A DNA stretch of 64,000 nucleotides from Eledone cirrhosa (taxonomy: Eukaryota). A program made the translations under genes and the position numbers. Below the pieces are notes generated by a model. That model was not told the origin of the DNA. It searched no databases and worked only from the letters and a program-made list of their open reading frames with translations. The stretch lies in contig OZ024745.1 in NCBI GenBank assembly GCA_964016885.1, positions 35,092,001-35,156,000 on the forward strand, read 5' to 3'. Below are positions 42,269 to 56,952 of this stretch, piece by piece; the stretch's first letter is position 1, and each line of letters starts with the position of its first letter.

Positions 42269-42405
42269 ATAATAATAAATTTGAAGACTAAAATCCAAAG
42301 AGGGCTCGATAAGTATATTTTAGTTTCAGAAGATCCCGTTAAGATCCCGTTAAGGGTGAAAGCAACGATTCTTTGCTTAAACTTTAATCTGTTATTTTAA
42401 TAAAT
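42051..42405. mobile_element. two tandem family F inserts (period 215 bp); other F pieces 26812-26890, 29658-29683, 43844-43916, 52569-52870, 63185-63342
   Basis: Each copy is an inverted tail (GTAATAATAATAAATTTGAAGACT...) joined to a sense arm CAGAAGATCCCGTTAAGGGTGAAAGC...TTTTAATAAA. The uninterrupted order is seen at 63185-63342. Confidence 0.85.
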
Positions 42406-42429
42406 ATATATATATATATATATATATAT

Positions 42430-42492
<63 letters not shown>

Positions 42493-42493
42493 T

Positions 42494-42539
<46 letters not shown>

Positions 42540-42616
42540 CTTTAAATATATATATATATATATATATATATCTTTAAATATATATTTATATTTACACATA
42601 TATATATATCTATATC

Positions 42617-42698
<82 letters not shown>

Positions 42699-42699
<1 letters not shown>

Positions 42700-42889
42700 T
42701 TAATGTAGAAAGGCTTCTACAGGACAAAACTGTTTCATTCCGGAGAAATCACCAGGAGGCCTCTGATGATTTCTCCGGAATGAAACAGTTCTAGTCCTGT
42801 AGAAGCCTTTCTACATTAAATATTTATACTCTGATTTGTATTGAGTACCTTACTTACTGTGGTTACCCCCGATTTGACGTGGCATAAAC

Positions 42890-42890
<1 letters not shown>
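42699..42890 (+). mobile_element. family C asymmetric palindrome with hammerhead core
   Basis: Arms 42699-42755 / 42763-42820 plus a 70-nt tail; CTGATGA-tTTC tccg GAAt-GAAA-CAG-TT. Confidence 0.8.
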
Positions 42891-42921
<31 letters not shown>

Positions 42922-42923
<2 letters not shown>

Positions 42924-43148
42924 CGAAGGAGGTGTGGTAAGGAACCAGATGGACCATAACGCCTCAGAGTATTCAATACTTAGGGTAGTAGAGTGGGTAA
43001 TAGAAAAATGTTTGATCGCGACGGCAGAGCTCAAGCCCTTTCGTTTCGACGGCTATTTCTGGACTAAATTAGAATTTTCAAAATTTTAATTTAGTTCAGA
43101 AATAGCCGCCGAAACGGCTTGAGCTTTGCCGTCGGGGTCAAACATTTT

Positions 43149-43152
<4 letters not shown>
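42922..43152 (-). mobile_element. family A asymmetric palindrome
   Basis: 79-nt tail 42922-43000, arms ~43001-43070 / ~43087-43152. Confidence 0.85.
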
Positions 43153-43231
<79 letters not shown>

Positions 43232-43704
43232 AGCACGGAAGTATAAAGGAGAAAACATTATTTTGAAAAAAAAGGGCTTTTATAAAATATATATGTATGT
43301 ACCTATATATACACAAACAAACACACTAATTATATTACACGCACATATAGAAATATATGTGTGTATGTGTTTCCTCTTTAATAAGCAGTGTAGTAACTTG
43401 TGTCACTTATGATTCGATAAATAAATAAAACTGCCACAATAGTTTTAAAATATATTTTATTTGTAGCGGTATAAATAAGCTCTTAATTTAGTCTAATATA
43501 TTCTGCTCGAAAAGAAATATGAAAGATAAAAATAAATGCCTGGATTATAATAAATAAGAAATAAACGTATGCAAACTTTTATATTTAGATTAATATGGTA
43601 TTCTGAAACCTTTCAATGAGAAAAAAATTAGCTTAAAATGTGACTGAAATCCAAATATACTGAATATATATATTTAAATAGGAAATTTATATATCGCTCT
43701 CTTC

Positions 43705-43745
<41 letters not shown>

Positions 43746-43808
43746 TATATATAAATATATACATATATATATATATATAAAAATATATACATATATATAT
43801 AAATATAT

Positions 43809-43848
<40 letters not shown>

Positions 43849-43912
43849 TAAAATAACAGATTACAGTTTAAGCAAAGAATCTTTGGATTTTAGTCTTCAA
43901 ATTTATTATTAT

Positions 43913-43980
<68 letters not shown>

Positions 43981-44083
43981 TGTTTCGACAGCTCGATCGA
44001 ATTCGGATCTAGCTGTCGAAACGGCCGGAGCTCAGCCGTTAGGGTCCTGACTCTTTTCCTATATATAAATACGCCCCCCCCCC

Positions 44084-44186
<103 letters not shown>

Positions 44187-44639
44187 TATATATATATTTG
44201 TATATATATATATATAATTAAATTATGGGTTAAATGAAATTGAAGATATTAAAGAACGGTCACACACGCATGCACGCACACACAAGTATATATTTCATAC
44301 ATAAATATATGTAGTCCTCCAAACGCAAATGACAATAACAATAGTAAATCACTATAAGTAGTAGTTGGAAAAAATAAGGTAAAGTACTACTGGAGACTGA
44401 AATATCTCGATCAGGTGCCCCTACTGTTCAATTCATTCCGTTTGACTCAACTATTATCTATTGTGATCAACTATTATTATAGTCATTTACATTGGGGCAA
44501 GTACATTTAAAATTCTCCCAATGTTTCTTAAGTTAGCCGGATGTTCGTATTTCCAGCCACAGGCTTAACATTTCCTAGAATACTGAAAATCAGTGACCTT
44601 TAACCTCTTAGAATAAAGGTTAACTGCCTCGTGTGGCAT

Positions 44640-44940
44640 ACTGGTGATGATGTTAAATACACTGGTGATTGTGATAATTATAATAATAATGATGAGTGTG
44701 ATAATAGTGATGAAAATGATATTAGAGATGAGGATGATGGTGGTGGTAGGTGTGATGATGGTGCTGTTGGTGATGCTGCAGTATGTGATGCTAATGATGG
44801 TGTTGTTGGTATAGCGATATGATCTTGATGATGATTATGGTGCTGTGGGCATAGTGATGATAATGATGATGGGTCGATAATGGTGCTATTGGTATAGCGA
44901 TGATAATTATGATGATAATGACGCTGATGGTGATGATTAA
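44640..44940. repeat. degenerate (GAT/GGT)n low-complexity tract
   Basis: Trinucleotide periodicity with many in-frame stops. Confidence 0.8.
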
Positions 44941-46908
44941 GTATCATAGCAATAAATAAGAGTACCACAAAAAAGGTATAAACAGAAGAGTGAACATACA
45001 AGATTGGATATCTACATACACTGATTGTGCATAATATAAATGATAAAACACTGCTGATATCACTTGGTTGCTATAACTGTTAGCTTCCGCCTGACATAAT
45101 AATCACTGATCTAGAACCATGCGTTCATAGCTCTGATGCCAATATAATCTCTTCAAAGCCTCACTTTATCTGTCGATAAATTATATATCTGTATTGCGAG
45201 CAGATTTACAATTGATAAATGAGTACCATTTAATCGAAGTTAAAGCTTATCTCAGAGGTGGCGAACTGGTGGCAGAGTTGGACGAACTGAATATCTCAGT
45301 ATTTGTTCCAGCTATCTGTACTCTTTACTCAAATCTCGCTGAAGTTAATTTGCATTCCATTCTTTTGGGATCGATAGACACGATACTTATCCAGAAATGG
45401 GGGTGGATTGGTGAAATTGTTAAAAAGTCGAATACTTTGCAGCATCTGATATGGGTCTATACATTCTGAGTTTATATCTCACCTACGCCTATCAGGAGTT
45501 TTGACTGGCATACGATGTTTATATATAAACAGTTTTAAGTAGTTTAGTTCTAAAAGGGATGAGTGACTCATGTTGAAAATATGTTGTATCAATTCTAATA
45601 ATCTTAACAAATGCATAATCTTAACAAATCACTGTCTGGTGTATAAGCTGTGCATATCCACTGTAGTATAGGTACACTGTCATAGAATGTGACTAAAAGG
45701 TTGATGAATGCTCCAGTTGTTTGATCAACGGAGCAACATGTTCATTGACATTTAAGTGGATTAAGATTTCTCAGGCATCTCTACCTTTAAGTTAATTCTG
45801 GTGGGAATTAAGCATGACAGTGTGCTACCAGGTTGGCATTTTGTATAACAGGTACAGTCAATCTAACGTGCTACTAAATATGTTCTGTCTACTCAATTTC
45901 ACTCACAAGTCTTTGTTCGAGCCGAGGCTATGGTAATTAATACTTGTCAAAGAGACATGAAATGAATATAATGCATTTAAAACGCTTGTTGTTTATTGAT
46001 GCATATTAGTATACCAAGTTGTGTAAAAAAATAATAATATACGTTTTGCTTTAACTGAAAATTGGCTGTACAATGTAATATTCCATAGTGTAATATCCAT
46101 CGATTTTATACCAACAAGTAACGGAATGGGAAACTTGTCTGTAAAACATTATTCCCGCCAACAATCTCTTTCCTTTTCTTGTATTCTGCTTTTAGAATAG
46201 TTGAAAATGGGAATAGTTCTGAATATTCAATTGAGGACATGGATATCTCGAATCGTGTGAAAAACCATTATCGAGGAAATAAATGTTATGCAAATAATCA
46301 ATTTATTAACTATAATGGTTTGTTTGGTTTTAGAAATTTGGTAGTCGCTTTTGCTGTCACGTAACTAATAAATTGTGTATATATGATGTCCAATGTGAAG
46401 CTATTTATTAAAATAATTAATTAATGCATTCATCTAAGGAGGTGAAGCTCTTTCCATCGATAGTATTTATTGGCTCTTTCACCATACTGGTGAAAGTTGA
46501 TGCAGTTAATTATAAGCTGGAATTTATAATATTTGATGCTTTTAAACGAACAAAGGAGCCCCTTTCCGGTATCTCAACTTACTAGAAATATCAGGAAAAA
46601 TCCCACTAATATCACACGCTATTATCTTAATTGACGAAACATATTCTAGATAATGTAGCCCAAGATTGGCCTTGGGCTAAACAACAACAATACTAACATT
46701 TTGATAAATGTATGGAAAATCTGTGCTTGAAAGTTTGTAGCTATGAAGGAAGACTGGGTAAAGCGTTTAATACGGATTTCATGAATGAGAGGTACTATGA
46801 ATGGTGAAATATAGAAAATATGAAGTGAGTTTGAGAAGAATATTAGATTCATATGACGGCTTTGTGGACATACATACACATACATACATACATATACATG
46901 CACACACG

Positions 46909-46951
<43 letters not shown>

Positions 46952-46974
46952 ACCCACACACACACACACGCACG

Positions 46975-47031
<57 letters not shown>

Positions 47032-49016
47032 ACACACACACACGCACGCACACACGCACGTATGCACACACACGCACACACACACATACATACACACAAC
47101 GGATGAGAGACGCGAGTACATACATATCATTAAAAAATTATATGCAGACAACACACACATTTCTACGAACACACACACAGGCACACACTTTTAAACATAT
47201 GCAGATGCACATGCATACGCACAGTTAACGAGACAACTGAAAGCACTAGTGTATGAGCGTACCTATATTTTAACAAAGTTTTTTATTTTCTCTGATTTCC
47301 GAAACATTTGAAAGTCGGCGTCTCACTGTATAAGGTTTTAATTGACAATTGCACCCACAAACAAACTAACTTCATTCAATCTACGCTTGTCACACCAGAA
47401 AATTAGCTTCTAGTGATTATTTTAAATGAACAGAAATCAAAGGCTAACGTCAGAGCAAGAAGCAATCCATAGTAAAGTGAGCAGTATCAATTGTGAAAGG
47501 TTATTCATCGATACCTAATTATAGTTTACTGCCTTATTAACATTATTGAATTTTGTTTTAAGACTCTCATTAACTCTGCTGTGTGACTGATGCTATCGAC
47601 GATATCAAAGAGTAAGATACCAAATCAACTAACAATTGACAGACGCCACTAAAATTAAGAGGGGGAGATCTGTATTACGCCTGCTTGAATGGTGTCGCTG
47701 GCCAAAATGAAACACTGTTCGTTGGTGTAGGTGTATTGTATGTATATGTGTGTTTGTGTACATGCATATGCTGTATGTGTATATTTGTATGAATATGGGT
47801 ATGTGTACGCAGTTATTTGCGATGGGATATATGTGACATGGTGCAGAATTTTATTAAGTCATTTTCTTTTAGCAGTGATGATTAAAATAATTAATTAAAA
47901 AACAACAACAAAATAGCAGCGGTTGATCTTGGAGGCAATGTAGTATTAGCAATGGCAACTTTTAGTTTGATCTTGCAATTTATTTCAGTAATTTGCATGT
48001 GCAAAATCAACAGGGAAAAAATCAACAAAGTGAAATTAAAAATATATAAATAAAACTAAAACTAGAACAATTACATCAGAAAATATATCTCATTTAGATT
48101 GGCAATTATTTCAATCCTTAATTTTACAACATGGTTTCTCAATGCTATTACTAAACTAACCTATTATATTCAAACTTTATACAACTAATGCGTCGAGTTT
48201 AATGAGACTTATCCTCTCGTAAAATTAAGAAATATATAATCTTTAAAATAAAGTTATGCAGTGCTGGTAAGAGTAGTATATGTCAGGAACCCCAATTCCC
48301 CAGCTAAATGATTTATACTGTAGTAATGTAATGCTTTGAACCTTTATAGATGACTGAATGATTAACGTTTATCCAATATTTTAACGGGTTATACAGAGTC
48401 AGGTGTTCAAAATAAAATTCCCCCACCCTGTTTTATTCAGTAATTTGAATTTATAGCTTTAGCATAATACAGCACCCGACAAAGAAAATAATTACAAATA
48501 ATGTATATGACTGACGAGCGTCCAGTCATGTTGATGCTTTCTTCCAAATTTTGTCTTTTCTTTCATTTCTTGAAAGAGTTAGTTTCTTCTGAATTAGACT
48601 ATTATATTATAACACAGTAATTAAAAAGTGTAAAATACAGATCGTTAACTCCAATATGATGAAAAGGAAACAAATTAGTATTTTAGTATACAAAATTGCC
48701 TTACATTAAATGTTTTTCTCAACTTTTGGCTGTTTTAAATTACAGTTGAAAACAAATGTACACATTAAGTATCACCAAATACCCCACCCCTCCCACTGGG
48801 AGTAATTTTAGTCCAGACTGTGAACCCTCACAATATTATGAATACTTCTGAGCTTCAATCAACTTTAAATTAAGCGAATTGTTTTTATGTTCGGTTTAAA
48901 GTGAATTCTTAATCTATAGAATGAGTATCCGCTCTTTCAAACTCCTCTCATAATTATATGTCTGAAATAGCCAGTTGATAAATATCAAGTTTTAGGTAAT
49001 ATAATTATTTCTAACA

Positions 49017-49213
49017 TGGCAAAAATCTAGCAATTTAGGGAAAATCGATTATATCAGCCTCAGTACTTAACTGCTAATTTATTTTATCGACACCGGAGGG
49101 ATGAAAGACAACCTTGACCTCAGGTGGATTTGAACTCAGGATGTAGTAAGTCATAACTAGATATAACAAAGCACGTTCTTCGATACTCTATCCACACTGT
49201 CAATCTACCCCGC
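49017..49213 (-). mobile_element. family-1 SINE (further copies ~2425-2570, 24455-24580, 45255-45480, 51385-51472, 55420-55560, 60560-60645, 61570-61680)
   Basis: TTTTATCGAC..GG.GGGATGAAAG.CAA..TTGACCTC.GG.GGATTTGAACTCAG core. Confidence 0.7.
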
Positions 49214-52171
49214 TAGACTTAGGATAATAAATAGAAAAACGTTTCTTTTATTTTCAGATATATATAGTTTGCTCCTTCAAATATGTTGTTGGATCCATGA
49301 AAATGATAATAATTCGAGAAACGTACGTAACATATTTTATAAATGTAGGGGTCCCTTTATAGCATATGCTGCAGGCCCCCGCATTAACCTAATCCTTCAG
49401 AAATGTGAAGTGGCGGTATTCTTCACTATTTGTGATATAGTGATGTGATTTATAAAATTTATTGGTTTAGTCTAACGAATTTGATATGTTTTTAAGATGA
49501 AGTCCATATCTGTTTCGAGTTTCGACTTGCTAAGAACAGCATTTGATGTCTTTGCAATTAAATACTTTTTAATTGTCATATTTGTGGCATATATCGGTAT
49601 GTAACTGAAACATAAATTTGATGATTTTATAAAAGAAATTAGATATGTAATGGTGTGGAATGTTTGCAATAGAGTTTATTCAGTCTGAACGGAATTTAGT
49701 GTAAAGCAAACATGAACATCTGAAAACTACTACACATATATCTATTACAAACTTGGACTGCTTAACCCTTACTCTACACCAAAGGCAGCTATCTCAACGC
49801 CTTGCATACATACAAATACAGTGAATCCATTTATGTACTAGCCACATAGCTTTTAGAGACCAGATATTGAAATTCCGATTCGGTTTATAATTCTGTAGTA
49901 GCAACCCATGATTATGAAGATTTATGGCAAACATTATCATAGGAATGTTGATTGAATATATGTTGAATAATCAGAAGTATCTCAGTAAAGCTTTCAGGGG
50001 AGAATATATTTCATACACATGTACAAATGAAAATCAATTCACTGGAAAGACACAATTTAGTTTCTTGTAAAAAAAAATCTTTAGTTTTCTAGTCATTGTG
50101 GTTCCTAACTCGCTCATTTTTCTTTTTATGGACATTTGTTTAGCTGTAGTAATTTCAGGTTTCATAATATTCACCTGCACAATAAAGCTTGCCAAAATCA
50201 AATATCGATCATAGTCATTCAATTAAAACCCATCATGCACTGCGCTGTCTGAATATTTTACAAGAATCCTATAGAACAGTCAATAATAATAAAAATAAAC
50301 AAACAACATCGCATTCTTTTCAGTCCAAAGCATATTTCAAACTTTGTGTTTATGTCATCGAATGTGTCAAATGATAATCATAGGGAATTATAGAAGATTA
50401 TTTGCATCCTCAAAGATATTATACCATTGTTGAATCGTTGAATATTTATTAACCTTTATGAGTCAATTTTCATCCTACGTAAATTGGGATGTTGGTGTAG
50501 CACGATGATAAAATGTATTTCAACAATGAAGTAACAGTTTCGGTTACAGTTAATATTTAATATTTCAAATTTGTGATGGAATTGTTTTCAGTATTAACAT
50601 CTGTTTTATTTTATACTATTGACCTCTAAAATAAATATTAATTCAACGTTTCTCACCTCAGCTATAAAAGTATAAAGGGCATTCATGAAATAATCGTAGA
50701 GGGACCAGAATATGGTTATAGAAGAATAGCAGAAATCAATACCTATTATTATCGTTGTAATTAATAAAATAATTGGGATTGCTTTTATTATATACAGGTC
50801 TATATAACACAATTATTCATATTAGTAATTAGCATAATAGCATTCTTATAATTAAATTGTAATCTATATTCTGAAATTGTAATTAATATAAATATTGGTT
50901 TGTTACAAAAACTTTGCTTTATGTAGTTAATGTTATACTTTTGTAATTTGGAGAAAACAAATTGAGATTGATGTGGAAAATATTATTCTGTAGATATGTT
51001 TGTAAGAATGAATTTAATGATATTTCTTTTCACACAATAACTATTTACATTCTCCAATAACCACAACGCGTAACAAAAAACAAACAAACAAAAACAAAAT
51101 AAAAATTGGCACAAAGATATCTCGAATTAAGAAAAACAAACTGTATTGTATTATTCACTGAATATTTTCCATAGAGACCTTTGTCTCAGAACGCCACCAT
51201 AATTTAGTGGAACAATGCTACTCACTAACTGTCATGCCCTAAGTTGGTTCCATAAAAATAAACGGCAATAATTGATAGTTCGAAATTAAAGAATATAAAT
51301 AGATAGATAGAGAGAAGACACAGAAGAAAAGAGAAAGAAAGAAGTAGAAATAAAGGTTTATTACATGCTATATCAAAACATAATTGTTTCTACTTTAGGC
51401 ACAAGGCCAGAATTACCCAGTGCATTACTGGTACTTTATTTTATCGACCCCGTAAGGATGAAAGGCAAAGTAACATAATGCTGGAATATACTACACATAT
51501 GTTCATTATTCAAGAATGGTGTGAGTATAGAAGGTAAACAATATTAAACTAAACCTTGGAAACTTCATTAAAGTATTGAACAGATATATGTAAAATTACA
51601 TATACATTGGACCTGATGCGATTTTTTTTAAAATTAAAAGAAATATCTATATTGTAAAACGGATTTATAAATTATAATAATACAGAAATATCTAGCATAT
51701 TTTCTCAGTCGTATCATTGTACACAACCAACAAGTTAACAGAATATATATATATCTTACAATAATGTAGAACATTTATTTTTTCTTAGTCCTTGACACAC
51801 AAGAATATCTTCTATATTTCTCTATTTTTAAGAACTATAAGATCTCAGTTAGTTTACTTGCTGGATTTAATCACCAATCTAGATATTTAAACAAATATTT
51901 AAACTAGCAAAGACAACGTTCTCAGGTTCAGCTAAAGATTTACGAATATCAAAATAGATAAATAATAATTATTGTGTTAGGAAACTTTCATACGGTAAAT
52001 TCTCGATATAAAAGTGTTGATGATGATATAACTGTGCGAAATGGTCGCTTCGTGTTAACTTCCGTTAAAGTATTATTATTTTAATAATGTAAAAGAAAAT
52101 ACGAATGCTTATAAAGACAGTTAATTGCAGCATTGTAAAGAGCTATTTCGTAATAGAAACGGGAACCTCCT

Positions 52172-52311
<140 letters not shown>

Positions 52312-52498
52312 GCGTATGTGTGTGTATATATTCACGACAGGGTAGCATAGGTTAGCAGTAATTGAAATAAAAATAAAAGGAATTATGTGCTTATTGAAAC
52401 GCTCTTATTTTTCCCCAATCATTTCTGAAGTCTAAAAGACAAATCTGACTAGACAACATTCTAAGTTCATACTTATTATTTAAGACATACTGTTCGTT

Positions 52499-52573
<75 letters not shown>

Positions 52574-53068
52574 TAAAATAACAGATTAAAGTTTAAGCTA
52601 AGAATCGCTGCTTTCACCCTTAACGGGATCTTCTGAAACTAACAAAGTCAATCTGTAAACGCAGAAGTGGATAGTTCAAAAAACGTTGCAACCGGAGGAA
52701 GACTGGAAGACGATACGTGGAAACGTTCCTTGGCAAAGAACGGGAAAAAACGAATATAATACGTCATATGTGGAGCGTGGAGAACAATTGCACGCAAAGA
52801 CAAAACCACGTAAATTGTATAGCTGAAGTCGTAGACTAAAATTCTAACAATACAGAGGTAATAGAAATTAAATAAATACATACACGCATGCAAATACGTA
52901 CATACACAAGCATACGCGAAAACACTTGCCATAAGTATACAAAACCACGCACATATAAATATGTGTGTGTGTGTGTGCGTGTATACAAATAAATAAATAA
53001 TTAAATAAACGTATATAAATAAATAAATACGTATATAACAAGCGCACACACATACACACATATATATA

Positions 53069-53725
53069 TATAAGTATGTACACGTACATACATATATGTA
53101 TACAGACGTACAGTAGTATGTATATATATATATACATACATGCACATATATATATAAATGCGTACATATATATATGTGTGCATGTATGTATATATATATA
53201 AATACTACTGTACGTCTGTATACATATATGTATGTACGTGTACATACTTATATTTAAGTAACAGCCGTACTAAGAGTGGGAAATGAAATTTTGTTTCATT
53301 TTTTCCATTCATCGTTTTCGGTGCACCGGCCGATTAACCCACTCGATATGCAAATTGGGCTACTCAGCCGTTAATATGCATAAGGTAAGTATATACGTTC
53401 AACAATCTGGCAGGAAGGTATACGTTGCTGACGATAGCTAATAAGCTTGAAACTAGTACAGCGTTCCTTTGTCAGTGTTGAACAAACGAGCAACGATGGT
53501 TGCTGGACACTACGGCTTAATACGGGATGTTTGTTTACAAACACACCGAGCATTATAATAAATTTTCGGTGAATCCATACGTACATATATATATGTGTGC
53601 ATGTATGTATATATACATACTACTGTACGTCTGTATACATATATGTATGTACGTGTACATACTTATATTTAAGTAACAGCCGTACTAAAAGTGGGAAATG
53701 AAATTTTGTTTCATTTTTTCCGTTT
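53069..53725 (+). mobile_element. retrozyme-like ~418-nt unit with terminal redundancy and inverted arm
   Basis: Direct repeat 53161-53306 / 53580-53721; inverted copy 53069-53156; internal hammerhead; (TA)n on both sides; no credible ORF. Confidence 0.85.
53423..53463 (+). ncRNA. type I hammerhead ribozyme
   Basis: CGTTG-CTGACGA-tAGC taataa GCTt-GAAA-CTAG-TA-CAGCG: palindromic stem III, GUA site. Confidence 0.85.
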
Positions 53726-53855
53726 ATATATATATATATATACACACATATACATATATATACATATATATATATATATATACATACATACATATATATA
53801 TATACATACATACATATACATACATATATATACATATATATATACATACATATAT

Positions 53856-53900
<45 letters not shown>

Positions 53901-54370
53901 AATGTGTGTATCCCTCTCTCTCTATATAGATATGTATGTATGCATGTATATGTGTGTGTTTCCTGCAGAATAAGGCCTATTTAAAAGTAGTTAAAACAAC
54001 ACAGACTTCGCTCCCCAAAATAACCAATTGATTTCTTTTGTATAAATAAATAAATAGATAGATAGATAGACTGACAGATGTAATATATTGAAGTAATGCT
54101 CCATTTATAGCATTATGCACTACCCTATGACATAATGTGTTTTTAAAATCATTTTATCATCTCCATGTTTTTTGTCATCTTTTCTCAAGATTCTTTGTAG
54201 GAAGCCACACATGTTAAGGCATTAGGCCTTTCGTGCTTTTCAAGGTGACGCTCATCTTACGCAAATAGATGGCTTGCTTATATCAATACAGTCTATCCTC
54301 CGTTACTATGTTAACCAGTCATACATTCTTTCTCTATTTTGGAGAGTGTTTCATTCCACTCTTAAATTTT

Positions 54371-54407
<37 letters not shown>

Positions 54408-54408
54408 C

Positions 54409-54439
<31 letters not shown>

Positions 54440-54629
54440 CAGCAGCAGCAGTAGTAGTTGTAGTTCTAGTTCTAGTGGTAGTTAGTAGAAGACGTAATAG
54501 TAGTATTAGTATTAGTAGTAGTAATTGTAGCTGTTGTGGTAATAGTAGAAGTAATAGTTGTAGTAGCAGCAACAACATTAGTATTAATAGCAGCAGCAGC
54601 AGAAGAAGAAGAAGAAGAAGAAGAAGAAG

Positions 54630-54661
<32 letters not shown>

Positions 54662-54680
54662 GTAGTAGTAGTAGTAGTAG
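54371..54680. repeat. compound (TAG)n/(CAG)n/(GAA)n microsatellite
   Basis: Direct reading. Confidence 0.95.
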
Positions 54681-55117
54681 CCTTTGTTGTTTTAGTATTT
54701 ATCATTATGTCTGCTCTTTTGTTCAGATCTTCGATTATGAGAAACTCTTTCATTTATTGTTATTGCCATTATTAGTATTTTTTTATCTTCGTCGTCATAC
54801 TCATGATCTTCATGGTTATTATTATCACCATCATCATGATCATCCTCTTCATTATCATTAAAAACAACACCATACCAACACAATCCTCTACCACCATCTT
54901 CCTCCTCATCTTCTTCATCAGCATCTTAATCATCATCCTCATTACCATCAATAATTATATTGTTAAAAAATTAACGTTTGTAGAAATCTTCTTTTTCATT
55001 TAATTTTGTATTTCAAATTTCATTGCTAAAACATTACATTTATTTAGGCTCATTCCACTGAAATATATAACAGGAAAATACGGATGTTGATTTGATCGAT
55101 TACGTTCTATAATTTTA

Positions 55118-55330
55118 TCACGCCAAGTGTAGTGTTTTCACTTTCATCTCCCATATCCTGCTGATTATAGTTTCAAGATCTTTATACTTTGATGGTTTCT
55201 CCATCTTCTGGGCGATGATTTGATCAGAATGAACCGATATGTCTATCAGAGTACATATACCTTTGTTCCAGCAATTGATAATTATATCTGCACGGTTTAC
55301 ATTGATTTCTTTGTCAGCCTTGGCAAACAT
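55118..55330 (-). pseudogene. R4/Dong-like RLE remnant
   Basis: NRADIII...CTLIDISVHSDQ...KYKDLE...IWEMK, homologous to 63517-63963. Confidence 0.8.
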
Positions 55331-55734
55331 GTACCAGATAGACTTGTGAATTGGCAGAATAGTTAGAACGTTGGATGAATTGCTTTGCGGTATTTGTCCC
55401 AACAGTTTATGTTCTAGGAAGAAATATCGCCTTGGTCAACTTTGCTTTTCATTCTTCTGGAGTCGATAAAATGAGGTACCAATCAAGTACTGAGGTCGAT
55501 TTACACCACTAAGGTCCGCCTCTTCGTAAATTGATGGCTTTGAGACTAAATTAGAAGTTATTCTTGATCGTCTACTAGAATATGAAAACATTGCTTCTTT
55601 CTGAACATTTAAGAAAATATCTTATTTAGTATATTTTCAAATTAAATAAAAACAAAATAAGATTTCAGATGTTGATAATCTATTCAGTTTATAAATTAAT
55701 CAATGTAAAACAGAAGCTCGTAAAGAATAAACTT

Positions 55735-56620
55735 AGGACAGCAACTAAAAATGGTAAAATGGCATCACACTTGATTTCCTTATCTGAAATATTGTCAACT
55801 CTAGTTTGAAGTTTGAATAGTAGCAGTGTTTTCAGAACTCTTCATGTGAAGTATTATGATCACCAGGTATGGTAAAATCAATTATAAACTTTCATTAGCT
55901 TCGTTATCGACAACGTTTGATGCTTAATCCGATCCATTTAGGCGTGAACATAATTCTTTGTAAAGATTTTAAAGCATTTGAAGTACCATGTTATTTGGAA
56001 AATAATATTGTAGCCACTAATCGTGTTACATATACCATCTTCCCATTGCAAATGGGTTATTTGCTAGATAATGTATTTTCTTTATATGTTATCTGCTACA
56101 TAATTAAGTCTAATGTATGGTTACAAGAGAGCTATACTATAATTCCCAGCATTGCAGACACCATTTTTCAACGAAATAAATTTCGAGAATTTATCATATC
56201 ATATGGGTTGAATGTTTCAGTAAAGTACACGAAGGTGGAGAGACTTTGTTTTTTGTTAATCTTTTTATTTTCAATATTTCCAAGTCAAAGTTAGGGTACA
56301 TCTTCGAAATTAGTATATCGACGTCGGGTAAAACGGTGTATTATATATTCAACGATCCAAGATGCACTTTTGTTTTGATAGATTTGACAGTCAGTCGTTG
56401 CCAAATGTTTTTGATTCAGACTTGTATGGAATATTTCACCCGATGATATATTTCTAGGCTAGTCATCTTTGTGAGTATTTTGTAGTATTCAATTCTGATC
56501 TTATATTTCTGAAGTATTTTAATTTTTGTCTCATTCAAATCATTTCTTCCACGAAGTGACAGAGATTGTTTTTTTATTTTTTCATTGTTCAATCTTTCTC
56601 GGATTAAGTCACTGGCTCCA
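55735..56620 (-). pseudogene. highly decayed RLE-type LINE
   Basis: Minus-strand KVIIDFTIPGDHNTSHEEF*K...KLEL near 55800-55895 matches the IDxxIPxDxN motif; the rest is barely readable. Confidence 0.45.
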
Positions 56621-56642
56621 CGTTATTATTAATTATTATTAC

Positions 56643-56907
56643 CGGTGGATTGGCAGTGTCGGTAGAGGGTCGGATGCAATGCTTTCCAACATAGTTACGT
56701 CCCTTTACGATCTGAGTTCAAATCCCGCCGAGGCTGACTTTTCCTTTCATCCTTACGGGGTCGATAAAATATAGTACCAGTAATGCACTGAGTATTTGCT
56801 GGCCTTGTGCCTAAAGTAGAAACAATTATTAATTATTATTACCGTTTGGGGTTGATTTAATCGACTTTCCCCTCTCCCCAAATTGCTGGCCGTGTGCCTA
56901 TAGTAGA
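56643..56907 (+). mobile_element. family-1 SINE plus a second 3' fragment
   Basis: GGTGGATTGGCAG...GAGTTCAAATCCCGCCGAGG...CCTTTCATCCTTACGGGGTCGATAAAAT...GCCTTGTGCCTAAAGTAGAAAC followed by (ATT)n. Confidence 0.85.
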
Positions 56908-56915
56908 AACCATCA

Positions 56916-56952
<37 letters not shown>

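Noticed and set aside
44631-45001. Asp-rich and His/Ser-rich ORFs
   Set aside because: Degenerate (GAT)n tract with no splice or homology support.
49258-49321. Plus-strand micro-exon (TTTTCAG ... GTACGT)
   Set aside because: Such signals are common by chance in AT-rich DNA; no partner exons or homology.
54274-54861. Poly-V/R/E/S ORFs
   Set aside because: Compound trinucleotide microsatellite.
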